Source of the DNA: Candidatus Versatilivorator sp. | Lineage (GTDB): Bacteria; Acidobacteriota; Terriglobia; Versatilivoradales; Versatilivoraceae | Assembly (NCBI GenBank): GCA_965207735.1 | Contig: OZ242296.1 | Location: 1,696,001 to 1,760,000 of the forward strand | Reading direction: 5' to 3' | Length of the DNA: 64,000 nucleotides | Shown here: in pieces, positions 39,291-49,034 of the stretch | Numbering within the stretch: the stretch's first letter is position 1 | Layout: every line of letters begins with the position of its first letter | The notes under the pieces: model-generated | The model's input: only the letters and a program-made list of their open reading frames with translations | Told to the model about the DNA's origin: nothing | Database searches by the model: none | Translations under genes and position numbers: made by a program

Positions 39291-40526
39291 TTAAACCGAG
39301 GCCGGCGTCCCTTCCAGGACCGACTTCACAATCCGGTCGAACTCGGCGTCGGACAGGAGACGCTTGCTGTCGATGGAAGTCTGCTTGACCTGAGCCAGGA
39401 TCTCGTTGGCCTGCTCCGGCGTGGCCTGCAGTCCCCTGCGTTCCAGGTGCTCCTCGATATTGAACAGGCCGCTCCCTTTGCCCAGGGCAATATCTACCGC
39501 CGGCCGGCCGACCACTTCCGGAAGGAAGGGAATGTATTCCAGAGGCTCGGCCTGCTTGCAGCGGCTATGGAACATGGCCACGATGCCCGACTCGATATGG
39601 TAGAGAGAATCGCCAACGATGGGCCGGTTGGGAGGCACGCCGAACCCGCTCAACTCCTGAACCAGCTTGGACAGCTCGTAGAAGCCTTCGGTCTTGACGC
39701 CGGTTTCCACGCCGTAGAGGACCTTGAGGGCCATAATGGTGTCTTCCAGGGGAACGTTGCCGGCGCGCTCTCCGGTGGCCGTAACGGTGACGTGAGCCAC
39801 CGAGGCTCCGTTGGCCAGGGCCGAGATGGTGTTGGCCACTCCCAGACCGAAGTCTTCGTGGCAGTGGATCTCGATGGGTTGGGCGAAGCGGTCCCGCAGC
39901 TTACTCACCACCATGGCAATGCCCTGGGGTGTGCAGACGCCGAAAGAGTCGGCCAGGGTCATCGAGTCCATGTGTCCCTCGGTGGAGACCCGCTCCATGA
40001 GGTCGAGATACCTGTTCAGGTCGGACCGGGTGCTGTCAATGGTGAAGAAGACCGTGTAGAGGCCCGCCTCCTTGGCCGCCAGGGTGGTGTCGATGGAAGC
40101 CTTGATGGCCCAGTCCATGCTCTTGCCGTAGGCGTGCTTGATGATGTGGTCGCTGGAGGGAATCTCGGTAATGATGCCGTTGACCCCGCAATCCTTGGCC
40201 ATCTTGACGTCGGCCGGCATGCAGCGGGCGAAGGAGAAGATCTCCGGCCCCAGGTCCAGGCTCACGATGTCCTTGATGGCTGCCTCGTCTTCAGCCGAAA
40301 CCGCCGGCATGCCCGCCTCGATGCGGTGGACGCCGGCCGCTGCCAGCTTCTTGGCGATAGCCACCTTCTCCTGACGGCGAAACACGATCCCCGTCTGTTG
40401 CTCTCCGTCACGCAGGGTGACGTCGTGAATCCGGATCTGCTCCGGGAAATTCATGCCCTGGGTGGCTTCGGGCGCATAGTTCCAGGGGCTGGCAAACCAG
40501 CGATCGGTCTTCCAAGGTTGACTCAT
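39291..40526 (-). CDS. DRE-TIM metallolyase (LeuA/homocitrate synthase/HMG-CoA lyase-like)
   Basis: HDVTLRDGEQ, HCHEDFG, GERAGN and HIESGI motifs; no LeuA regulatory domain. Confidence 0.85.
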   Translation of the reverse strand: MSQPWKTDRWFASPWNYAPEATQGMNFPEQIRIHDVTLRDGEQQTGIVFRRQEKVAIAKKLAAAGVHRIEAGMPAVSAEDEAAIKDIVSLDLGPEIFSFARCMPADVKMAKDCGVNGIITEIPSSDHIIKHAYGKSMDWAIKASIDTTLAAKEAGLYTVFFTIDSTRSDLNRYLDLMERVSTEGHMDSMTLADSFGVCTPQGIAMVVSKLRDRFAQPIEIHCHEDFGLGVANTISALANGASVAHVTVTATGERAGNVPLEDTIMALKVLYGVETGVKTEGFYELSKLVQELSGFGVPPNRPIVGDSLYHIESGIVAMFHSRCKQAEPLEYIPFLPEVVGRPAVDIALGKGSGLFNIEEHLERRGLQATPEQANEILAQVKQTSIDSKRLLSDAEFDRIVKSVLEGTPASV

Positions 40527-40756
40527 CTGAATTCTCCTTAACGTTGGAAACTGGGCGAGATCGGTTTTAATCAGGGCGGTCGGGCAGAGGGATGAATGCG
40601 ACGGTGCCCCCGGTTTCTCGCGGCACAATCTATTGCATCGAACGGATGCCTGTCAAGTTCGCCCGGGGACCGTCCCCAGGACTATCCCACGCTGCCGAAT
40701 TCAGGGTGACAGAAATGTCAAGGCCCCCGAATCAGGCCTTCATTCCAGGTGGAATC

Positions 40757-40852
40757 GTAGGGGCGCCCTTTGTGGGCACCCTTTGTGGACACCCAATTCG
40801 GCTGTTGCCGGGCGAATGGGAACGACCGGGCAACCACAAGGGTTGCCCCTAC
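40757..40852. repeat. Inverted pair of GTAG-type REP sequences
   Basis: GTAGGGGCGCCCTTTGTGGGCACCC (40757-40781) and GGGCAACCACAAGGGTTGCCCCTAC (40828-40852). Confidence 0.8.
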
Positions 40853-40913
40853 AGTGGGGGTTCAGGGGGGATGGCCCCAGACCATCCCCCGGCCGCGTGA
40901 GGCCGCCTGGAGG

Positions 40914-43607
40914 CTATCCGGACACTGGTTCGCCGCTAGGATCCACGATTTCCACCGGTCCCAGGTCGAGTCGCCGCACCGGTTCCTCCAGTCGATTCAG
41001 GTCACCGACCACAACCACCAGCAACCGGGTCGGGTCCAGATAGCCTCGAGCCGCCGCTTGAACCTGTTCGAGCGTCACCGAATCGACCGACGCGGGGTAA
41101 GCGGCCAGCGTCTCCAGGGGAAGGTCATAGGCAAAGAGGTCGGCCATTTGATCGGCCACCCGACCCAGGGTCTCGAAACGCTGGGAAAATCCCCTTACCA
41201 GGTTCTGCTTGGCCGCAGACACCTCGGCGGGGGTGATGGGCCGGGCTGTGCCTATGTCTGAAATTTCCTTGTGCATTTCCAGCAGCGTTTCGGTGGTCAC
41301 CGAGGTCTGCACGGCCGTCCCACCAACCCAGAATCCCCCCTGGCGGGCGTAGGCGAACCGGGTGGAAGCCCCGTAGGTGTATCCCTTGTCCTCCCGCAGG
41401 TTGAGATTCAGGCGGCTGCTGAAGCTGCCCCCCAGCACGGCGTTCATCAGCTCGATGGCGTGGTAGTCGGCAACCTTGCGGTGAGGTCCGATCGACCCGA
41501 TGCGAATCTGTGACTGGGGGGCATCCTGGCGGTCCACCAGGACCACTCGAATCCCCTCGGGAGGAGCGGCTTCAGGCAGGCTGAGCCGGGGTGTCTCGCC
41601 CGCTTCCCAGCCGGCCAGGCAATCCCCCGCCAGCCGGGCGGCTTCGGCCAGCGTGATGTCTCCCGCAAAAAGCAGGACCGCGTTGCCCGGCTTCCAGTGC
41701 GTTCGGTGAAACTCGACCAGTTCACGTCGGGTCAGGGCCCGCATCGAGGTTTCGTCCCCTCCGGTCGGAAGCCCGAAGGGGTGACCCTCGCCGAACAGCA
41801 GGGACCGGAAGACCCTCCCGACCGTAGCCGAGGGACTGTTCTGCTCCTGGAGAATGCGGTCCAGCCGCAATTTCCGCTGCCTCTCCAACTCCTCCGCCGG
41901 GAAGGTCGCGTTCAGAACCAGGTCGGCCAGCAACCGAACCGCCGGCTCCAACTGCACCTTGAGCACTTCCAGGGCCAGGTGGCAGTTCTCCGACTCGGTG
42001 CCCGAACCGAAGGAAGCCCCGAGCCGGTCCAGCTCCGCCTGGATCTCCAGGGTTGTCCTCGAGCGGGTGCCTTCGTCCAGCATGGCGGTGGTCATCCAGC
42101 CGACTCCCGGCCTGGAGAGCGGATCCGAACACGACCCTGATTTCAGCAGCAGGCTGACGGCTACCTTGGGAAGATCGTGCCGCTCGGCCACCGCCACCGT
42201 CAGACCCGGGGCGATGGTCTCGGCAACCGGAGCAGGGGGGCGAAAGGACTTCGGACTTCCCATGCCGGGCTGCTGCTCCCGGTTCGGCTCGGTCTTCTGT
42301 GGACGGGCCGACAGCTCCGGAACGAAGCTGAGGGCAACTCTGCGGGAGCTGTTCAAGCAAGCTGACACAACCCTGCGCACCTGTTCCGCTCCCATTCCCT
42401 GATAGCGCAGATAGTCCTGCCGGAAGTAACCGGGGTCTCCCAGGAAGGTGTTGTACTGGTTCAGGAGATCGGCCTTCCCTCCAAATCCCCCGATGCGCTC
42501 CAGGCCGCTTACGAACTCGAACTCCTGCTTGGCTTTTTCCCGCTCCAGCTCTTCCGGGGTGGGTCCATTCTCGGCAAAGGCGGCGATCTCCTCCCGGATG
42601 AGGTCGTCCAGGCCGCCCAGGGTCTGACCGGGGCGGGCGGTGGCCACCACGCCGAACAGCCCGCTGATTTCCAGAGAATAGTTGAACGCGGACACATCCG
42701 AGGCCACCTGCTCCTGATAGACCAGTCGCCGGTACAACCGCGAGTTCTTGCCCCGGGAAAGAATGCGCGAGGCCAGGTCGAGCTCGGCGTCCCCGGCGTG
42801 GAAATAGGCCGGCGCAGGCCACACCAGGTAGAGGCGCTCCAGGGGCACCCGGTCGGAGACGGTGACTTTGCGCTCGCCTTCCATGCGGGGCACCCACAAA
42901 CGGGGGCGTTCCAACGCGGGACCGGGAGGCAGTGGTCCAAAGTACTTCTCCACCCAGTCCCTGGTCCGAGCCGGGTCGAAATCGCCGGCAATCACCAGGC
43001 TGCAGTTGTTGGGCGCGTAGTGCTTGTGGAAAAAGTCCTTGGTCTCCTGCAGGGAAGCCGCGTCCAGATCCTCCTGAGATCCGATCACGATCCAGGAATA
43101 GGGATGTCCCGGGGGGAAAAGGTTTTCGAAGATCAACTGAAGCGCGCGCCCGTAGGGGACGTTTTCGTAGCTCTGCCGGCGCTCGTTCTTGACCACGCCG
43201 CGCTGGTTGTCGAACTTCTCCTGAGTGAGGGCATCGGCCAGAAAGCCCATTCGATCCGACTCCAGCCACAACACATATTCCAGAGCCTCGCTGGGCACCG
43301 TCTCGAAATAGTTGGTGCGGTCGAAGCTGGTGGTGCCGTTGACCCCACCCTCCCGCATGTTGGCTCCCGCCCTTTCCATATACGTCAGATACTCTCCATC
43401 GGCGTTCCTGGACCCCTGGAACATCATATGCTCGAACAGGTGAGCCATCCCGGTGCGGCCCGGCTGCTCGTTCTTGGAGCCGACGTGATACCACAAGTTG
43501 ACGTGGGCTACGGGAAGCTTGGGATCGGAATGCAGAATGACCTGAAGGCCGTTGGCCAGGCGGTACTTCTCGAACTGAATGACCGGGGCTTGCCGAGTCG
43601 CGCTCAT
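40914..43607 (-). CDS. M16 (pitrilysin) family zinc protease
   Basis: HLFEH inverted zinc motif, NGTTSFDRTNY, and a duplicated M16 domain with LREDKGYTYG. Confidence 0.92.
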   Translation of the reverse strand: MSATRQAPVIQFEKYRLANGLQVILHSDPKLPVAHVNLWYHVGSKNEQPGRTGMAHLFEHMMFQGSRNADGEYLTYMERAGANMREGGVNGTTSFDRTNYFETVPSEALEYVLWLESDRMGFLADALTQEKFDNQRGVVKNERRQSYENVPYGRALQLIFENLFPPGHPYSWIVIGSQEDLDAASLQETKDFFHKHYAPNNCSLVIAGDFDPARTRDWVEKYFGPLPPGPALERPRLWVPRMEGERKVTVSDRVPLERLYLVWPAPAYFHAGDAELDLASRILSRGKNSRLYRRLVYQEQVASDVSAFNYSLEISGLFGVVATARPGQTLGGLDDLIREEIAAFAENGPTPEELEREKAKQEFEFVSGLERIGGFGGKADLLNQYNTFLGDPGYFRQDYLRYQGMGAEQVRRVVSACLNSSRRVALSFVPELSARPQKTEPNREQQPGMGSPKSFRPPAPVAETIAPGLTVAVAERHDLPKVAVSLLLKSGSCSDPLSRPGVGWMTTAMLDEGTRSRTTLEIQAELDRLGASFGSGTESENCHLALEVLKVQLEPAVRLLADLVLNATFPAEELERQRKLRLDRILQEQNSPSATVGRVFRSLLFGEGHPFGLPTGGDETSMRALTRRELVEFHRTHWKPGNAVLLFAGDITLAEAARLAGDCLAGWEAGETPRLSLPEAAPPEGIRVVLVDRQDAPQSQIRIGSIGPHRKVADYHAIELMNAVLGGSFSSRLNLNLREDKGYTYGASTRFAYARQGGFWVGGTAVQTSVTTETLLEMHKEISDIGTARPITPAEVSAAKQNLVRGFSQRFETLGRVADQMADLFAYDLPLETLAAYPASVDSVTLEQVQAAARGYLDPTRLLVVVVGDLNRLEEPVRRLDLGPVEIVDPSGEPVSG

Positions 43608-43762
43608 GAGATTCCCTTCCCCGTTCCGGACACCTGATATGCACCTGGGAGAGACCTTGGCTTACCCCCACTCGGTCTCCACCACTCCTCAATTATCACG
43701 ATCGTGCCTCCAGCCGTCATTAGCTCTTTCCAACCCCGTGTAAATCGGGTAAGTAAAGACCC

Positions 43763-46219
43763 ATGTACGTGGAAGTGAGCCTGCCGCTCCCGATCACACA
43801 ACACTTTTACTATTGTCTTCCGGAGGAAGCATCCGAGCCCCTGCAACCGGGCCAGCGGGTGCTGGTCCCCCTGGGGAACCGGAAGATGACGGGCTATGTC
43901 CTGCAAACCCTTCGCCGACTCCCGCCGGATTTCCCCCGAGCGGCCGAGTTGAAACCCATCCTGGAAATTCTGGACGAGTCCAGCCTTATCTCCCCTCATC
44001 TCTTCGAGCTCAGTCGCTGGGTGGCCGGCTACTACTTCGCTGCGCTGGGAGAGGTTCTCAAGGCCTGCCTTCCGCCCAGCTACAATCCCAGACTGGAGCA
44101 AAGCTTCAGCTTGACTGCTTCGGGGCAGCGCCTCCTGAAGCAGACGAAGAATAGCGCAGAGATCAGCCAAAGAAAAAGACAAATCCTGGAGCTGCTGGCC
44201 CGTCACTCCGAACTGGACCGCCGGTCACTGCAACGGTTGGCGAAACGCAGAATCTCCACCGCCGAGCTCGAATCACTGGCAACCGCAGGCTGGATCCGGA
44301 TCGGACAGGCCACGAGGGGATCGGTCGTCGCCCCCAAGAAACAGTGGTTTCTCTCGCTCCACCCCGATTGTGAAGCCGCCTTGCCCAGCGCCAGGCTCAC
44401 CGCAAACCAAAGGGCCTTGATCTCCCACCTGCGGGGCGCCGGAGGCGCGTTGAGCCTGGCCGGTCTTCGCAAGCTCTTTTCCCTCTCCCGGCCTTCCCTG
44501 GAGCGACTGGAGCAACGGCGACTGGTCCGGCTGAGCCGGGAGGAGGTGGCGCGCGATCCCTTGGGGGCGTCGGACCCTGCCGGCCCGAATCAACCCCGGG
44601 TCCTGTCCCAACAGCAGCGGAAGGTCCTGGAAACACTGATTCCCGCGCTGAGCGCCGGCAGGTTTTCGGCCGTTCTGCTGCACGGTGTGACCGGCAGCGG
44701 CAAGACGGAAGTCTACCTCGGCCTGATCGAGCATACCCTGCGGTCGGGAAAGACCGCCCTGGTGCTGATGCCGGAGATCGCGCTCACCCCGGGGGTGGCG
44801 CAGGAATTTCGCGCCCGCCTGGGGGACACCGTCGCCATCCTGCACAGTGGATTGTCCAACGGAGAACGCCACGACGAGTGGTGGCGCATCAAGCGCGGAG
44901 AGGCCCGGGTGGTGATCGGCACCCGCTCAGCAGTATTCGCTCCCCTGGAGAGTCTCGGTCTGGTGGTGGCGGATGAAGAGCACGATCCCTCCTACAAGCA
45001 ACAGGAGAGTCCCCGCTACCACGGTCGCGACACGGCCATCGTTCGGGGCAAACAGGCCGGCGCAGTGGTGGTTCTCGGCTCGGCCACGCCTTCGGTTGAG
45101 ACTTTCCACCACTCCCAGAGCGGGAAATATGGCTACCTTCGAATGGCGACTCGCATTCACTCCCGGCCTCTCCCCGAGACCCGCCTGGTCGACATGCGGT
45201 CGGACTTCAAGGACACGGCCCGCAAATCCCCTCTCTCAGCCGAGCTCAGCGGCGCCATCGGTGACCGCCTGGAGAGGCGGGAACAGGTGCTCATCCTGCT
45301 CAACCGCCGGGGATACGCCGCTCACGTGCTTTGCCGCAGTTGCGGAGAAAGCATTCAATGCCGCTTCTGCAGCATTGCAATGGCCTACCACAAGATTCGC
45401 AAGGCCCTGGTCTGCCACTACTGCAGCTACTCTCAACGCGTCCCCGGGGAGTGCCCGGGCTGTCAAAGCCAGTACCTCTACTTCATGGGAGAGGGGACGG
45501 AAAAGGCGGAGGGATTGCTACAGCATGCCTTCCCGCGGGCCCGTGTGGAGCGGCTCGATCGGGACGCGGCCCGCCGGAAGGATGCGCACCGTCAAATCCT
45601 GAGCCGGTTCAAGCAGCGCGAGACCGACATCCTCACCGGCACTCAGATGATCTCCAAGGGCCACGACTTTCCCTTCGTAACCCTGGTGGGGGTGGTCTCC
45701 GCAGACCATTCCCTGTCATTTCCCGATTTTCGGGCGGCAGAAAGGACCTTTCAGCTCTTGAGCCAAGTCTCCGGCCGCGCCGGGAGGGGGGAGCTGCCTG
45801 GCGAGGTCCTGATTCAGAGCTACTGCCCGGAACACTACTGCTTCCGTTTCGTGACCTCCCACGACTATCAAGGGTTCTACGAGAAGGAAATCCAGTTCCG
45901 AAGGTTCATGCACTATCCGCCCTTCACCGCCCTGGCGCTGGTTCTGGTCCGCGACAGGAACCTCCCAGCGGCGACCGAGACCATCGGCCGCTTCGCCGAG
46001 TTGCTTCAGGCGGCTCGCGGCCCGCACACTCGCATTCTGGGCCCCACCCAGTCTCCGCTGGCCAGAATCCGGTCGGAACACCGATTTCAGCTGCTGATAA
46101 AATCCCGGAGTCGATCCCAGCTCCAAGCGCTTCTTCGGAAAACCCTCCGCCAGGCTCAGAGCCAGGGACTGGATCTCCGCAGGGTCCACGTTGACATCGA
46201 CCCGGTGAACCTGATGTAA
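43763..46219 (+). CDS. priA: Primosomal protein N'
   Basis: GVTGSGKTEVY, DEEHD, four CxxC pairs, GTQMISKGHDFP and QVSGRAGR motifs. Confidence 0.96.
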   Translation: MYVEVSLPLPITQHFYYCLPEEASEPLQPGQRVLVPLGNRKMTGYVLQTLRRLPPDFPRAAELKPILEILDESSLISPHLFELSRWVAGYYFAALGEVLKACLPPSYNPRLEQSFSLTASGQRLLKQTKNSAEISQRKRQILELLARHSELDRRSLQRLAKRRISTAELESLATAGWIRIGQATRGSVVAPKKQWFLSLHPDCEAALPSARLTANQRALISHLRGAGGALSLAGLRKLFSLSRPSLERLEQRRLVRLSREEVARDPLGASDPAGPNQPRVLSQQQRKVLETLIPALSAGRFSAVLLHGVTGSGKTEVYLGLIEHTLRSGKTALVLMPEIALTPGVAQEFRARLGDTVAILHSGLSNGERHDEWWRIKRGEARVVIGTRSAVFAPLESLGLVVADEEHDPSYKQQESPRYHGRDTAIVRGKQAGAVVVLGSATPSVETFHHSQSGKYGYLRMATRIHSRPLPETRLVDMRSDFKDTARKSPLSAELSGAIGDRLERREQVLILLNRRGYAAHVLCRSCGESIQCRFCSIAMAYHKIRKALVCHYCSYSQRVPGECPGCQSQYLYFMGEGTEKAEGLLQHAFPRARVERLDRDAARRKDAHRQILSRFKQRETDILTGTQMISKGHDFPFVTLVGVVSADHSLSFPDFRAAERTFQLLSQVSGRAGRGELPGEVLIQSYCPEHYCFRFVTSHDYQGFYEKEIQFRRFMHYPPFTALALVLVRDRNLPAATETIGRFAELLQAARGPHTRILGPTQSPLARIRSEHRFQLLIKSRSRSQLQALLRKTLRQAQSQGLDLRRVHVDIDPVNLM

Positions 46220-46251
46220 GGCGCCACTGCGAAACTTGCGGGTCCGCGATT

Positions 46252-46318
46252 GCCCCCACCGCATCAGCCTTCTCCTGGCGGCTCGGCTTCTGCGACTCCC
46301 CCTCAATGCGGGAGTGAT
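46252..46318 (+). repeat. Dispersed REP-like repeat (CTCCCCCTCAA..GGGAGTGAT family)
   Basis: Aligns with 50947-51014 (ATCAGCCTTC..GGCTCGGCTTCT..GACTCCCCCTCAA..GGGAGTGAT). Confidence 0.75.
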
Positions 46319-46480
46319 TGGAGGAAGCAGGTTCCGGGATCAACCTTGGACTGTCAGGGATTTCAATGGAAAGGGGACCAGCCGCGGGAGCGGCAGCTCA
46401 ACGACCTGTAGAGGGACACCTGTTTCCGGGAATCGACGGGGCAGCCATCCGGCGACTTCCATCCGGATGGCATGGCGGTG

Positions 46481-46747
46481 CTAGATGGATTGCAGGTCCT
46501 TGCCGGGCTTGAACCGAACGGCTTTGCCGGGTGGGATGGAAACCTCTTCCCCGGTTCTGGGGTTGCGACCGATTCCGGTCTTGCGAGGTTTGATATTGAA
46601 GACGCCGAATCCCCGCAACTCGATCCGATCATTGCGTTGAAGTGCGCTCTTCATCGCGTTGAAGACGGCGTCAACGGCAGCCTCGGCCTTGGTTCTGGGA
46701 ATTCCGGTCCGCTCGACAACATGGTTGATGATGTCTAGTTTGATCAC
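46481..46747 (-). CDS. HU/IHF family DNA-binding protein
   Basis: IELRGFGVF, GRNPRTGEEV and FKPGK motifs. Confidence 0.93.
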   Translation of the reverse strand: MIKLDIINHVVERTGIPRTKAEAAVDAVFNAMKSALQRNDRIELRGFGVFNIKPRKTGIGRNPRTGEEVSIPPGKAVRFKPGKDLQSI

Positions 46748-46811
46748 CGCTAAAACCTTTCCTCGAAGAGATGCCGACAGAGTCTAACGGCTAAGTCCAA
46801 TGCTGTCAAGG

Positions 46812-47237
46812 CTAACCCGCCTGCAAGGGCTTGAAGGCAAGGACCGCGCGCGACCCCGAACCGCGATCCTCCTGCAGGAAATCGACCTGGAGCGGCATTC
46901 CGACAGTAATCGTGCGGGGATTGCGCGTATCCACGCCCTGAATACGGGCCACCACCCGGGCTTTTTCCTCGAGTTCGACCACGCCGGTGCAGTAGGGGTT
47001 ATCTCGACCGTAGCCCAGCTTCAGCATGGAAGGTGGACCGATGGCAATGCAGGTGAACGCCACCAGCTTTCCCCGTCCTTCCATCCGCTCCCACTCCATG
47101 GTCGAGCCGTCGCACTTGGGACAGAGGGCTCGAGGCGGCACAAAAATCGCCTGGCAGCCCAGGCATCTCGCCCCCATCAGTGTTCCTTCCTCGAGGAAGT
47201 CCTGAAAGGAATGATCGGTGAAGGGCCTTGGGTCCAG
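46812..47237 (-). CDS. DUF35 Zn-ribbon/OB-fold protein; probable CTG start
   Basis: C..C...FVPPRALC..C and PYCTGVVELEE motifs. AAAGGAG RBS lies 8 nt before CTG, next to the thiolase stop. Confidence 0.85.
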   Translation of the reverse strand: MDPRPFTDHSFQDFLEEGTLMGARCLGCQAIFVPPRALCPKCDGSTMEWERMEGRGKLVAFTCIAIGPPSMLKLGYGRDNPYCTGVVELEEKARVVARIQGVDTRNPRTITVGMPLQVDFLQEDRGSGSRAVLAFKPLQAG

Positions 47238-47241
47238 GGGA

Positions 47242-48504
47242 CTATCTCCTTTCGAGAATGGTGACGGTCGAAGTACCTCCGGTCCCTCCCAGATTGTGGG
47301 CGGCACCCAGGCGCGGATGGCCGGGCACTTGTCTCTCCCCGGCTTCTCCCCGGAGCTGGGTCCAGACTTCAAACAGTTGGGCCGCCCCCGTGGCGCCGAC
47401 AGGATGGCCCTTGCACTTGAGCCCGCCCGAGGTATTGATGGGCTTGGACCCGTCCAAACGGGTCTGACCATCCTCTACCGCTTTGTATCCCTGACCGGCT
47501 GGAAAGAAGCCCAAGTCCTCGATATGAAGCAGCTCAGCAATGGAGAAACAGTCGTGTACCTCGGCAAACCCGATGTCGTCCGCGGCAATGCCGGCCATGC
47601 CGTACGCTTCCCGCGCCGCATATCGGGTCGCTTCAAAAGTGGTCAAGTCCTCGGTGGCGTGCAGCCCTCGCCCGCTCGCCTGCCCGATACCGGCAACGTA
47701 GAGCGGATCGTCGGTAAAGTTCCGGGCCAACTCTTCACCCACCAGCAGGAGGCAACAGGCTCCGTCGCTGATGGGACAGCAGTCAAACAGGTGAATCGGC
47801 CAGGCCACCACCGGATTGGCCTTGGGGTCTCGAAGAAAAGACTTGGCGTCCGACCAACTTGGAACCGGGCGCCCCTTGCTCTCGGCCCGCTTGATCTTGG
47901 CGGCCATGACGTCTTCCAGTGTAGCGCTCAGTTGGGCCCTGGGGTTCCGGGCCGCGTTGTCATGACTCTTGATGGTCACGTTCATGAGATGGTCGCGGGA
48001 GGCGCCATACTTTTCAAAATAGGCGGTGGCAATGGTGCCGAAGACTCCGGGAAAGGTGAATCCGACCTCCCGTTCGTAGGGAATCGCCGCCATACCCAGA
48101 CCTTCGGCCACCACTTCAGTGGCCCCCTTGGACATATCTTCCACGCCCCCCACCAGGACCGCATCGTAGAACCCCGAGGCGATGGCGAAAACGCCCTCCC
48201 GGAAGGCCAGCGCACTGGAAGCACAGGCTCCCTCGGTTCGGGTCGCCGGCCGCGGGACCAGCCCCAGCGTGTCGGAAAGAATGGCGCCCCAGTGGGATTG
48301 GTGAACGAAAAAGTCATTGGTGAAATTGCCCAGATAGAGTGCATCGATATCGGCAGGGTCCAGCTCCTTGTCCACCGAGGCTGTCATCGCCCGGAAGGCC
48401 TCCAGAAAAAGGTCCTTGGAGTCCCGGTCCCTGAACATTCCGAACCCAGACATTCCCGCGCCGACCAGGGCCACCCCGCGGCTCAGTTTCCTGTTCTTTC
48501 TCAT
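47242..48504 (-). CDS. Thiolase (SCP2/archaeal-type)
   Basis: EGACASS, EVHDCF, KGHPVGATG and HNLGG motifs. Confidence 0.9.
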   Translation of the reverse strand: MRKNRKLSRGVALVGAGMSGFGMFRDRDSKDLFLEAFRAMTASVDKELDPADIDALYLGNFTNDFFVHQSHWGAILSDTLGLVPRPATRTEGACASSALAFREGVFAIASGFYDAVLVGGVEDMSKGATEVVAEGLGMAAIPYEREVGFTFPGVFGTIATAYFEKYGASRDHLMNVTIKSHDNAARNPRAQLSATLEDVMAAKIKRAESKGRPVPSWSDAKSFLRDPKANPVVAWPIHLFDCCPISDGACCLLLVGEELARNFTDDPLYVAGIGQASGRGLHATEDLTTFEATRYAAREAYGMAGIAADDIGFAEVHDCFSIAELLHIEDLGFFPAGQGYKAVEDGQTRLDGSKPINTSGGLKCKGHPVGATGAAQLFEVWTQLRGEAGERQVPGHPRLGAAHNLGGTGGTSTVTILERR

Positions 48505-48666
48505 TGTTCCCCGTTCCCCGCCCCGATCTTGCAGTTGAGCGGCTACCCTGCCGGGCAGCTTTCCGCATGTTACCACAAACTTGGAGCCCCGGAATGTCGA
48601 CCTCGAAATCCCCTGGGCGCCGGCTTGGCGGGAGATATTCCGGCAAAGCGCGAACGGGACTCCTGA

Positions 48667-48720
48667 TTGAAACAATTCAGGGGCAATCCACGAAGTCGCA
48701 CGAAGGGCCACGAAGAGGTT
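48667..48720 (+). repeat. Degenerate TGAAACAA + periodic CACGAAG element
   Basis: TGAAACAATT...ATCCACGAAGTCGCACGAAGGGCCACGAAG resembles the reverse complement of the array units at 50.7-55.2 kb. Confidence 0.65.
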
Positions 48721-48972
48721 GAGAAGCCTCAAGCGGAATGCGCCAAAGGTTGGGAAGGGGGGCAAGATCTCCACCCAGAGCTGCGGGGGATCTGTCAGGG
48801 GGGTAACAGATTAGTCCGCCAAGGGAGTGATCTTACGGAGTGAACCGAGCGCCTTGCCGATGCCCTGGCAAAGCGTCACCGCTGTTCCCGGTTATTTGGT
48901 GTAAAGGATGTTCCCGGTTTGCACCCTGGTCCGGTGGCGCTGACGGGGACGGAAACATCGGCAGGAACAGGA

Positions 48973-48999
48973 TGCGGGCGGCACGCCCGTGCTCCCAGG
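48973..48999 (-). repeat. REP-like palindrome (GGGAGCGCGGGCGTCCCGCCCGC family), degenerate
   Basis: TGCGGGCGGCACGCCCGTGCTCCCAGG; related copies at 50282, 51100 and 51286. Confidence 0.7.
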
Positions 49000-49034
49000 C
49001 GAACGCTTTCCTGGCTTCTGCTCTCCCGGAACCC

